Below, piece by piece: positions 56,608 to 64,000 of a stretch of 64,000 nt of DNA. Position numbers and translations under genes: made by a program. Each line of letters begins with the position of its first letter. Position 1 is the first letter of the stretch. Location of the stretch: positions 1-64,000 of the IMG/VR virus record IMGVR_UViG_3300035660_000001; one strand, written 5' to 3'. The notes beneath the pieces are model-generated. The model saw nothing but the letters and a program-made list of their open reading frames with translations. It was not told the origin of the DNA and did not search any database. The DNA is from a virus.

Positions 56608-57198
56608 GTGGAGCCCGAAGGACTTACCCTCCACGACGTCGGGACGGACAGCAAGGGCTGGTTCGTCGTCCTGCAGGATAAGGAGGGCGGGCTTGCCAAA
56701 TACTGGTTTCCAAGCCAGCGGTATACGAAGGCGTTCCTCGACGACTTCCGGTTCGATAAGAAGAAGGGAGTCGAGACCCTCGAGAAGCGTTCGACTGGCA
56801 CCGAGACGATCGGGGATAATCTCAAGGCCGAGGATTCGTTCAGCGTCCGTTTGATAGAGCCCGACAAGGGCGATCCGTTCTTTGAAGTTCAGCGGGGCGA
56901 CAAGAAGCGATACCGCTACTACGTTCCGAAGAAGGACATGATAGAGATTGCCCGGGAGCTTTCCGACCAGACGTCCACGGAGCAGTTTAATCGTGTTCTC
57001 GGTATGTTGAACGATGTCGCCTATCTCGTGCAGGTGGAGAAGGCCACGGGGACGGGAGACTGGGAGACCGTCCGGCAGGACAAGGAGCAGACTTACGATG
57101 ACCCCGTCCACCTGAAGCCGATCGACAGCCCCTACTTTACGGTAACCGTTTCGCATCATCTCGAGCACATGCTGGGACTGCTTTCTCATGGCCGATAG
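56608..57198 (+). CDS. hypothetical protein
   Basis: 196 aa coupled ORF. Confidence 0.65.
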   Translation: MEPEGLTLHDVGTDSKGWFVVLQDKEGGLAKYWFPSQRYTKAFLDDFRFDKKKGVETLEKRSTGTETIGDNLKAEDSFSVRLIEPDKGDPFFEVQRGDKKRYRYYVPKKDMIEIARELSDQTSTEQFNRVLGMLNDVAYLVQVEKATGTGDWETVRQDKEQTYDDPVHLKPIDSPYFTVTVSHHLEHMLGLLSHGR

Positions 57199-57670
57199 AT
57201 TCTTTGAAAATCCCCGTGACCGGAGAATGTTCGACGGCGTCGCACAGGAGGTTCCGGCCCTCAGCGGGTTCCACATCAGTTACTACTCCCTCAATCGTGC
57301 GGCCTCGATTCAGGACCCGCTGTATCAGGAGCCCACGACGGAGTCTGATTTCGTCTTTCTCGGACCTTACGACATCATCGGGAATCTCGAAGTCCCGACC
57401 TGGACGTGGGAGGAGAACGAGGTCGGAGGGATCGGGGAGATCGATGCGCTCGCCCACCTGCCCCGGAAGAGCATTGAGGACAATCACTGGCCTCTCCCGA
57501 AGCGGGGAGATATCCTGTTAGTTTGGAATACGCCACAGCCTTTATTTACGAAGTATGATATCGTGAAGGTCACGCCGACGGAGTTCTACTGGGGGACGGG
57601 TGACCACATGTTCTGGACTTGTGAACTTAAACGGCATGCCGATGCGCCAGGGGAGCAGAAAATACCATGA
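57188..57670 (+). CDS. head completion / neck protein (T4 gp14-like)
   Basis: QEV..SG..ISYY...DPLYQE...PKRGDIL. Confidence 0.65.
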   Translation: MADRFFENPRDRRMFDGVAQEVPALSGFHISYYSLNRAASIQDPLYQEPTTESDFVFLGPYDIIGNLEVPTWTWEENEVGGIGEIDALAHLPRKSIEDNHWPLPKRGDILLVWNTPQPLFTKYDIVKVTPTEFYWGTGDHMFWTCELKRHADAPGEQKIP

Positions 57671-58002
57671 GCTTAAAAGTTCTGTTAAATGAAGTGCAGG
57701 CGTTGGAGGCGGCGATCGTCTCCGGAGCGAAGACGCCGCTCAAGCAGTGGAAGCGAGTTCCTTACCGGAGGGTGCCCGTGACGTCTGGCAAGGTAGTATC
57801 CCCGTTCAGCAGGGACGCCCGCAGGGCTACCAAGAGGGTCGTGAAGTCCGATCTGGGCCTCACCATGCGCTCGAAGTCCCGCAAGGACAAAGAGCACAGG
57901 CTTCACCGGAAGGCCGTGGAGGGCGGACACACCCTGGCCGGACAGGTGAAGGGCCTCATGGACATTTTCAACTCGGTTGATCTCAAGGTGAGGGCGACAT
58001 GA
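57667..58002 (+). CDS. basic putative cargo protein
   Basis: Leader MSLKVLLNEVQALEAAIVSGA. Confidence 0.65.
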   Translation: MSLKVLLNEVQALEAAIVSGAKTPLKQWKRVPYRRVPVTSGKVVSPFSRDARRATKRVVKSDLGLTMRSKSRKDKEHRLHRKAVEGGHTLAGQVKGLMDIFNSVDLKVRAT

Positions 58003-58304
58003 ACGATCTGCTTAAGTCTGTCGCATTGACAGAGGAGACCTTGAAGTCCGCCATCTCTCCCGGGGAAGCCGGGCTCAGGAGTGGGGATCCCGAGAAGCAA
58101 CAGGCCGAGATTGCAGAGAACGTCTCGAAGCTCGTCGGGGTCGTCGGGGAGATGAAGAAGCTCGCCAACGATCTCTATAACGAACAGGTGAAGGGGGATG
58201 GGGATACCAGGCGGATCGGGCGGCTCGCAAATAATTTCAAAGACGCCGTCCGGAGAGCCAGCGTTATGATCGTCGCCCTTACCGATATCACCGATCAGTG
58301 GTAG
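57999..58304 (+). CDS. putative cargo protein
   Basis: Leader MNDLLKSVALTEETLKSA. Confidence 0.68.
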   Translation: MNDLLKSVALTEETLKSAISPGEAGLRSGDPEKQQAEIAENVSKLVGVVGEMKKLANDLYNEQVKGDGDTRRIGRLANNFKDAVRRASVMIVALTDITDQW

Positions 58305-58313
58305 GGTCTGTGA

Positions 58314-58700
58314 GTGCCAGGAGAGATCAAGTATCCAGGGTCGGACGTTACCTTCGCTTACCTCAAGAAGCTCAGGAAGGTTCCTCCTCTTCTGGCTCAC
58401 ATGATCAGGGCGATCTTCTTAACGGCGAAGGCCTTGAAAGGGGAGCCCTATCTCGAGCGGCTTCAGGCGGCCCAGAAGATAACGTTTGCTCAGCTTCTGA
58501 AATATGGATACCTTAAAAACTACGGGGGTCGTATCTTGTTGACCTGGAAGGGGATCAAGCGTAATCAATACCACTGGCGGGAAGGCTCTTTCAAGGACTA
58601 CCAGCTTTGGATGATCATCACGGCCGCTGAGAACAGGCTCCGTATGCTTCATAGGGCAAAGGAGCTCGAGCTCATGGGAAGCGTCCCGGGGCTGAGGTAG
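58314..58700 (+). CDS. hypothetical protein
   Basis: Basic 128 aa ORF in the structural operon. Confidence 0.6.
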   Translation: MPGEIKYPGSDVTFAYLKKLRKVPPLLAHMIRAIFLTAKALKGEPYLERLQAAQKITFAQLLKYGYLKNYGGRILLTWKGIKRNQYHWREGSFKDYQLWMIITAAENRLRMLHRAKELELMGSVPGLR

Positions 58701-58703
58701 CCG

Positions 58704-59510
58704 ATGCCTGTCAAGTTCTTGGGTCCAGATCACGCTCGGATCGCCGCCTTCTTCCAGGAGGCCGACCAGCGTTTCGATGCGTTCAAGAGACGCTTCATCC
58801 GGGAGATCGCCAAGGAGTGTCTCGTCGTTTTGAAGCGGGCTCTTCCGGAGGGGGAATTCGACCTTTACCGAAATGCGTTTTCGGTGCGGGACATAGAGCC
58901 GGATAGGGAGATGGACGACGATAACATCATCGCCGCTGGGATTTATGGCGAGGCGAAAGAGGAGAATATCAATGACAAAGACGCCGTCACAACCCTCCTC
59001 TACTTCGATCTCAAGGGAGTCACGGTCCCTCCGTGGGGAGGAGTCTACGAACAGAACGAGCCATGGACGATGGATCAAGTTCCTGTTATCCCTGACCTCG
59101 AATTTTACCATATCATCTATCGTAACACGACGCCGGACGACGTGGTCGCCCGGAGAGAACAGCTCATCCCGATCGCCAAAGACGTAGCCGACCTGCTGTT
59201 CATGAATAACGTTCCTCTTCACTGGGGGCTGATCGGGTCGGGCCGTCCGGTCTACATGGACCTCGGCTTTAAGGCTGTTCAGACCGAGTTCGGGCTAGCC
59301 GGGGAGCGGTACATCGATCACTGGAAGCTGATGGTCTCGATGGTCCCGATCATCGTTCGCAGGGTGCTCTCTCGGGATCCTAAAATCCGGTCCAGGATTT
59401 TAGAGGATGGTTCTTACACGATGCATGACCTTAGAATAGAACCTAATGCGGTTCCGACCGAGCTGATGAGGGAGTCTGAGGAGTTCGTTAAAATGCTGAT
59501 CGGAGCGTAG
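58704..59510 (+). CDS. hypothetical protein (virion morphogenesis region)
   Basis: 268 aa ORF between neck and tail genes. Confidence 0.65.
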   Translation: MPVKFLGPDHARIAAFFQEADQRFDAFKRRFIREIAKECLVVLKRALPEGEFDLYRNAFSVRDIEPDREMDDDNIIAAGIYGEAKEENINDKDAVTTLLYFDLKGVTVPPWGGVYEQNEPWTMDQVPVIPDLEFYHIIYRNTTPDDVVARREQLIPIAKDVADLLFMNNVPLHWGLIGSGRPVYMDLGFKAVQTEFGLAGERYIDHWKLMVSMVPIIVRRVLSRDPKIRSRILEDGSYTMHDLRIEPNAVPTELMRESEEFVKMLIGA

Positions 59511-59520
59511 GAGATAGAAC

Positions 59521-60267
59521 GTGCCGTGGGCGCCAACAGACCCGCACATCATCGGGAACAGGATCGGGGAAGTATTTTTAAGGCACTTCGACGAGGGTGT
59601 GGCGAGGAGCCTTGGGGGAACGGTCGTGACGATGACTCCGGCCAGGGCCGCCGGGATGGGGATCGACCTGGCCAGGACTCCGGTCGTTCCTTCGGGGGGA
59701 GCGTGTTACACGGTAGTCGTTCCAGGTCTGGGGCAGGCCGCGTCGCCTCTCGAGGTTTTGGTTCACATCACCAATCCGGAGACATCCCTGCGGGATTACA
59801 TCATTCCCTCTTATGTGATCAAGCGAGGGAGCCCGACTCTGGCGATGGATCGGTTCGAGGTCGGGAAGCTGTCCTTCAGGGTTCCGGCCTCGGGATCCAC
59901 GCCTTCCGGAGTGGGCTACTCTGCCTACGCCGAGAGGGACGCCCCGTATCAGTGGGACATTCCCTACAGCATCCAGGGGCATGCGAGGAATCAGGGGCAG
60001 GGAGCGATCATGTTCCGCTTCATGCTCAGGAAGTTTCATCCTCTCGGGGCGATCTCCGTGTGGGATTCTCTCGGCATGGAGCGGGGCTACGACTTCGTTC
60101 TCGAGGGCGTTGAGGACTTGACCAACCTCGTGTCGTTAGCCAAGAGGGATGTTGCTTTCGGGGCGAGCATCCGAGTGTTAGGAGAGTTTGATCTTCATCC
60201 GGAAAGAGAGGAGAGGAGCGTGTGGGGCGAGGTTTTAACCTTTGATCAGGGAGTTCAACCGTCATGA
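59521..60267 (+). CDS. putative tail terminator/completion protein
   Basis: Position before the sheath gene; PYQWDIPYSI..ARN. Confidence 0.55.
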   Translation: MPWAPTDPHIIGNRIGEVFLRHFDEGVARSLGGTVVTMTPARAAGMGIDLARTPVVPSGGACYTVVVPGLGQAASPLEVLVHITNPETSLRDYIIPSYVIKRGSPTLAMDRFEVGKLSFRVPASGSTPSGVGYSAYAERDAPYQWDIPYSIQGHARNQGQGAIMFRFMLRKFHPLGAISVWDSLGMERGYDFVLEGVEDLTNLVSLAKRDVAFGASIRVLGEFDLHPEREERSVWGEVLTFDQGVQPS

Positions 60268-60635
60268 AAGAATATCGCTACACTTCGACGACGCCGCAAG
60301 TTATCAAGTTTGCGGAGAAGAACGGGACGGTTGTTTATATCCGGCATTATGGCAACCACCAGACCACAACGCCGCCGTCCTTTCATCTCAACAAGCCCCT
60401 GCTCGAGAGTGGTCGACTCGTGTATGTCGGGGAATTTGAGAATGAAATCTTGGTGGTCGGCGTTGCCGAGCACGTGACGCACGAGAAGAAGCCGGACGTA
60501 CCGCCTCCTCCGAGGCCCACACCGCCGCCCGAGCCGAAGGTCGATCCGGGTGCTCTGAAGGCTGAGGAGACCAGGAGGGTAGAAGTCCCGCAATCCAGAC
60601 CCATGAAACAGCAAAGACCGAGAACGGATAACTGA
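60264..60635 (+). CDS. hypothetical protein
   Basis: Coupled ORF with a Pro-rich tail. Confidence 0.6.
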   Translation: MKEYRYTSTTPQVIKFAEKNGTVVYIRHYGNHQTTTPPSFHLNKPLLESGRLVYVGEFENEILVVGVAEHVTHEKKPDVPPPPRPTPPPEPKVDPGALKAEETRRVEVPQSRPMKQQRPRTDN

Positions 60636-60649
60636 GAGGAGGATAAGTC

Positions 60650-62221
60650 ATGCCCGAATATTTGAGCCCTGGAATTTTCATCCAGGAGAAGAGTGAGGGC
60701 GCCCGGGCGATCGCTGGTGTCGGGACGTCTACGTGCGTTTTCCCTGGCATCGCAGAGCGGGGCCCTGTCGACGGGGCGAATGCGAACGTCCCGTACCCAC
60801 TGTTCATCGTGGGCTATGCCGACTACGAGACCAAGTTCGGCAGGATGAACCGCTACACCGACGGCGGGTCGGTCTACGAGTTCTTCGATCTGCCCCAGTC
60901 GGTGGCCATGTTCTTCAACAAAGGCGGTCTGCGGGCGTATATCGCCCGACTGATCGGAGCCGATGCCGCGACGGCCAAGATTGTCACCGGAGCCAACGAG
61001 TGGACGATCTGGTCCGGGAAGTGGTACGGGAAGAACACAATCAAGGAGCCCGGGAAGTGGGGCAACCGGGTGTCTGTGACCGTCACCCCAAATCTGGACT
61101 ACAGCCCGCTCAAGCATGACGTGGCTGTGTTCTACCAGGACACCCCGACCTCGGACGTCGTGCAGGTCGAGGCGTTCACGGCGGTCGACTTCCTGGATGC
61201 CGCATCCCCGTCTTATTTCCCGGAAGTGATCAATGCCGGGTCCAATTTCATTTGGGCGGCAAAGGGAATCGGGGGAGTTCCGGCGGCCCTTCCTTCCGGA
61301 ACGTCCTGCTCGGGCGGGACGGAGGGGACGGCGATCACCCAGGCCATCTGGGGGAGTTCGCAGTCCGGGGCGCTCGCAACCCTCAACATCATCGACGAGA
61401 TGTTCATGATCGTCGCTCCCGACGAGATGTGGTATTCCGATGGCGCCACAGCGGCGGCGGTCCAGGGAGCCCTGATCGACTACGCCGACTACCGGAAGTA
61501 TGTCTTCGCCATCTGCACACCTCCGAGCGGCCTTTCTCCGCAGGATGCCCTGTCGTGGATGCGGACGACACTCAACAAGAACTCCCAGAGATATGCCGTC
61601 TACTATCCCTGGGTGAAGATCCAGGACCAGCTCAACCTCGGCAGGCCGAAGCTCTTCCCGAACGTCGGCTTGGTCGCCGGGGTCTATGCCGCGACGGACA
61701 ACAACCGGAACGTGGCGAAGGCGCCTGCCGGGATCACGGACGGGGCATTGTCCGGGATCATTGACCTCGAGCGGACGCTGACGAAGGCCGAGCGGGATCT
61801 GATTTACCCCGCACGGATCAACCCCCTGATCAGCACCCCTCAGACGGGCCGCTGTGTCTGGGGCGCCCGGACCGGATCGCTCGATTCTCTCTGGCGTTAC
61901 GTGCCTGTCGTGCGGACGTTCCAGTTCCTCGAGAAGAGCACGTTCGACGCCACGCACTGGATCGTGTTCGAGAACAACGACGCCGGGACCCGGCTGAAGG
62001 CCAAGCTCCAGATGGAGAGCTTCCTGCTCTTCTACTACAACGAGGGCTACTTCGCCGGAAACACCCCGGAGGAAGCCTTCTTCGTGGTCTGCGACGACAC
62101 CAACAATCCACCGGAGGCTGTGGAGGCCGGATTCCTCTACATCAAGGTGGGGGTCGCCCCGCAGAGGCCAGCCGAATTCGTCGTGTTCCAGTTCATGCAG
62201 AAGACGACGAAAGCCCAATAG
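60650..62221 (+). CDS. contractile tail sheath protein
   Basis: MPEYLSPGIFIQE, ERGP, AVYYPWV, VAKAPAG, INPL, VWGART, RYVPVVR, FVVCDDTNN, RPAEFV. Confidence 0.97.
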   Translation: MPEYLSPGIFIQEKSEGARAIAGVGTSTCVFPGIAERGPVDGANANVPYPLFIVGYADYETKFGRMNRYTDGGSVYEFFDLPQSVAMFFNKGGLRAYIARLIGADAATAKIVTGANEWTIWSGKWYGKNTIKEPGKWGNRVSVTVTPNLDYSPLKHDVAVFYQDTPTSDVVQVEAFTAVDFLDAASPSYFPEVINAGSNFIWAAKGIGGVPAALPSGTSCSGGTEGTAITQAIWGSSQSGALATLNIIDEMFMIVAPDEMWYSDGATAAAVQGALIDYADYRKYVFAICTPPSGLSPQDALSWMRTTLNKNSQRYAVYYPWVKIQDQLNLGRPKLFPNVGLVAGVYAATDNNRNVAKAPAGITDGALSGIIDLERTLTKAERDLIYPARINPLISTPQTGRCVWGARTGSLDSLWRYVPVVRTFQFLEKSTFDATHWIVFENNDAGTRLKAKLQMESFLLFYYNEGYFAGNTPEEAFFVVCDDTNNPPEAVEAGFLYIKVGVAPQRPAEFVVFQFMQKTTKAQ

Positions 62222-62239
62222 GTGAATCGTGGATAAGGA

Positions 62240-62365
62240 ACGCGCCGCACAGAGCCCGGACGGTAAGCCCGCAGAGTGGACGCCCGTAGAGAGCGCCACA
62301 ACGACGGGTAACGTCCCCCCGCACTTGGGGGTCCCGCCGTTTCCGCTGGTGATGGTGCGGCGCGT
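62240..62365 (+). promoter_or_regulatory. structured intergenic RNA between sheath and tube genes
   Basis: Perfect 11-bp closing stem ACGCGCCGCAC/GTGCGGCGCGT. Confidence 0.5.
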
Positions 62366-62417
62366 CCCCCCGCGAGAAAAAGACGACGAACGAGACGACG
62401 AATAGGAGGACTTAAAC

Positions 62418-62945
62418 ATGGGCGCAAGAGCACAAGTAACGGACTTCCTCCAAGCATATCGCTTCCACGTGACGTGCGATGCGGGGGCCCCCGGCTACAT
62501 CAAGGACGCCTTCGGACCGCCTCATGGTGGCTTCCGGACCTGTAACTTCCCAGAGTTCAGCACGGATGCCGTGGTCTACAAGGAAGGCATCTGGCGGATG
62601 GAGAGGAAGTATCCTGGGAACACGACCGTTTCGGACTGCACCCTCGAACGGGGTGTGGTGAAGAGCAACAACGGGTTCTACGACTGGATCGTGAAGAAGA
62701 TCAACGGCCAGGACTACCGTGTCGACATCAACATCCTGCACTTCCACCGGGACGACTGGAAGAGCGACGCCAAGCATCCGGACCCCTGGCAGGTCAACAC
62801 CGGGTCGGCCAACCGGAGGGTCATCCTTCACGAGGCGTTCCCGATCCGTTGCAAGCTGGCGTCGGACTTCGACGCCACATCTGGGGAGATTTCCGTGGAG
62901 TCCCTGGACCTCGCCTTCGAGTGGATGCAACTCGACGTCGGGTAA
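62418..62945 (+). CDS. tail tube protein (T4 gp19-like)
   Basis: YRFHV, GGF, YKEG..RKYPG..TLERGV..FYDW..AFP..DFDATSGEISVESLDL. Confidence 0.93.
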   Translation: MGARAQVTDFLQAYRFHVTCDAGAPGYIKDAFGPPHGGFRTCNFPEFSTDAVVYKEGIWRMERKYPGNTTVSDCTLERGVVKSNNGFYDWIVKKINGQDYRVDINILHFHRDDWKSDAKHPDPWQVNTGSANRRVILHEAFPIRCKLASDFDATSGEISVESLDLAFEWMQLDVG

Positions 62946-62977
62946 TCGATATTCCGAGTAGAGGCCGGAGGTGACCG

Positions 62978-63559
62978 TTGGCAAGGAAGCATCGCTTTAC
63001 CGAGTTTCTTCAACCGAACGTTTTCTATGTCTTGGACTACTCGCTGGGAGAAACCAGCATGCTGGCCCAGCTCGTCCAGGCGGGCTTCCGGAGCATCAGT
63101 GCGCCGGAGCTCACCTTAGAGACAGCGGAAATCAAGGAAGGGAATTGGCCGTTCAAACGCAAGCTCATTACGGGGGCCGCAGTCAATACCCTGACTCTCT
63201 CGAAGGGGGTCACGTTCTTCGACAGCGACTTCTGGCGGTGGGCAAGCAGGGCCTCGGTAGGCGCGAAGACCTTCGGCCTCGATATCGGGATGTTAGGGCT
63301 CAAGAGCGGGTTTCGAAAGGACCTGTTCCTGATTCAGTTCCTGCGGGGCGTTCCGAACGCCATGAAGTTCTTCCTTCCCTTCGGGGGATGGGATCGTGGA
63401 TTGAATGTTTTTCCAGCCAAGATATGGATGCTCGAGAACACGATCCCAACCCGCTACAAGGTGGGAACGGATTTCGACGGATCGACGGGGGAGATATCGA
63501 TAGCCGAAATTGAGCTATCGATGGAAAACTTCGACGAAATAGCGATCGCTTCTCTCTGA
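62978..63559 (+). CDS. second tail tube-like protein (gp19 family)
   Basis: GFRSISAPE..IKEGNW..LTLSKGV..FWRW..DFDGSTGEISIAEIEL. Confidence 0.88.
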   Translation: MARKHRFTEFLQPNVFYVLDYSLGETSMLAQLVQAGFRSISAPELTLETAEIKEGNWPFKRKLITGAAVNTLTLSKGVTFFDSDFWRWASRASVGAKTFGLDIGMLGLKSGFRKDLFLIQFLRGVPNAMKFFLPFGGWDRGLNVFPAKIWMLENTIPTRYKVGTDFDGSTGEISIAEIELSMENFDEIAIASL

Positions 63560-63586
63560 TTTTTTTTGAACGGAGGTGTGTAACTC

Positions 63587-63943
63587 ATGGCGTATATAGA
63601 TGAGGAAACTTTTTACCAGATCAAGGCGGAGGTGGTCGCCAGGGACAAGGTCTGCCAGCACTGCGGGGGAGATCAGAACCTGGTGATGCACAAGGTCGAC
63701 CCGGAGGCCAATGGGCAGGCCATCGGGTACGTTCTGCTCTGCGAGTACTGCGACTTTGTCGCCGAGAGTGAGAAGGGGAGGAAGCGGTTCGGGGATAAGA
63801 TCCCAGTGCGGGCGAACTTCCTGCTTTCCCGGGGTCAGAGAGACCTGCTCATCGAAACCGCCCGTGCCCAAAACATCAGCGCCAGCGAGTTCGTCCGGGA
63901 TTTGCTTGACCGGGAGCTCAGGCCAGCGCACCTGCGGAGATAA
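63587..63943 (+). CDS. degenerate HNH-like zinc domain plus ribbon-helix-helix-like C-terminus
   Basis: RDKVCQHCG..L.MH..LLCEYC; ARAQNISASEFVRDLLDR. Confidence 0.55.
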   Translation: MAYIDEETFYQIKAEVVARDKVCQHCGGDQNLVMHKVDPEANGQAIGYVLLCEYCDFVAESEKGRKRFGDKIPVRANFLLSRGQRDLLIETARAQNISASEFVRDLLDRELRPAHLRR

Positions 63944-64000
63944 CCTTTAGTCTGGATGGGATTGACTCTATGACTTCCTTCGGCCCGTTTAGCCCAGCTT

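Noticed and set aside
44534-58304. Leaders as Sec or lipoprotein signal peptides
   Set aside because: They are amphipathic with internal charged residues and lack a continuous hydrophobic h-region.
60383-62419. 678-aa minus-strand ORF, and similar long antisense ORFs at 37887-39368, 24646-25761, 13888-14994, 11235-12278 and 42866-43900
   Set aside because: Each lies opposite a clearly identified plus-strand gene. They are expected shadows of GC3-biased codon usage and have no recognisable motifs.
60650-63559. Sheath plus two tube genes as an extracellular contractile injection system or tailocin
   Set aside because: Portal, terminase, protease and capsid genes in the same window show a complete phage.

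Overview
This window is a gene-dense, essentially all plus-strand, GC-rich segment of a large T4-superfamily-like myovirus with a bacterial host (sigma70-type promoters, GGAGG Shine-Dalgarno sites). In order it holds: two tRNA-Pro genes; a sugar synthesis/glycosyl-, methyl- and acyl-transferase cluster (0.8-12.3 kb); a recombination module (RecA, Cas4-like nuclease, RuvC-like, SSB, second resolvase); ParB and terminase; about 12 kb of small accessory genes and structured non-coding RNAs; portal, prohead protease-scaffold and major capsid; then neck, tail sheath and tail tube genes. Two observations stand out. (1) About 24 small, mutually unrelated ORFs between the capsid and tail genes share one of two N-terminal leaders (MxxLLx[AS][VIL]xx[LV], or MxxExxAVx[LI]LxxxCGE). 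The leader is usually followed by a hydrophobic-x-[SN]-[AG] motif that is also found at the expected maturation site of the major capsid protein (LASA). I infer a modular capsid-cargo system of targeting leader, protease site and swappable payload. (2) Two different endonuclease genes each sit inside the 5' end of a phage gene. Each leaves the native N-terminus as a stub and supplies a synonymously recoded replacement N-terminus, and one carries its own promoter and a pseudoknotted RNA leader. All family assignments come from motif recognition by eye; no searches were run.
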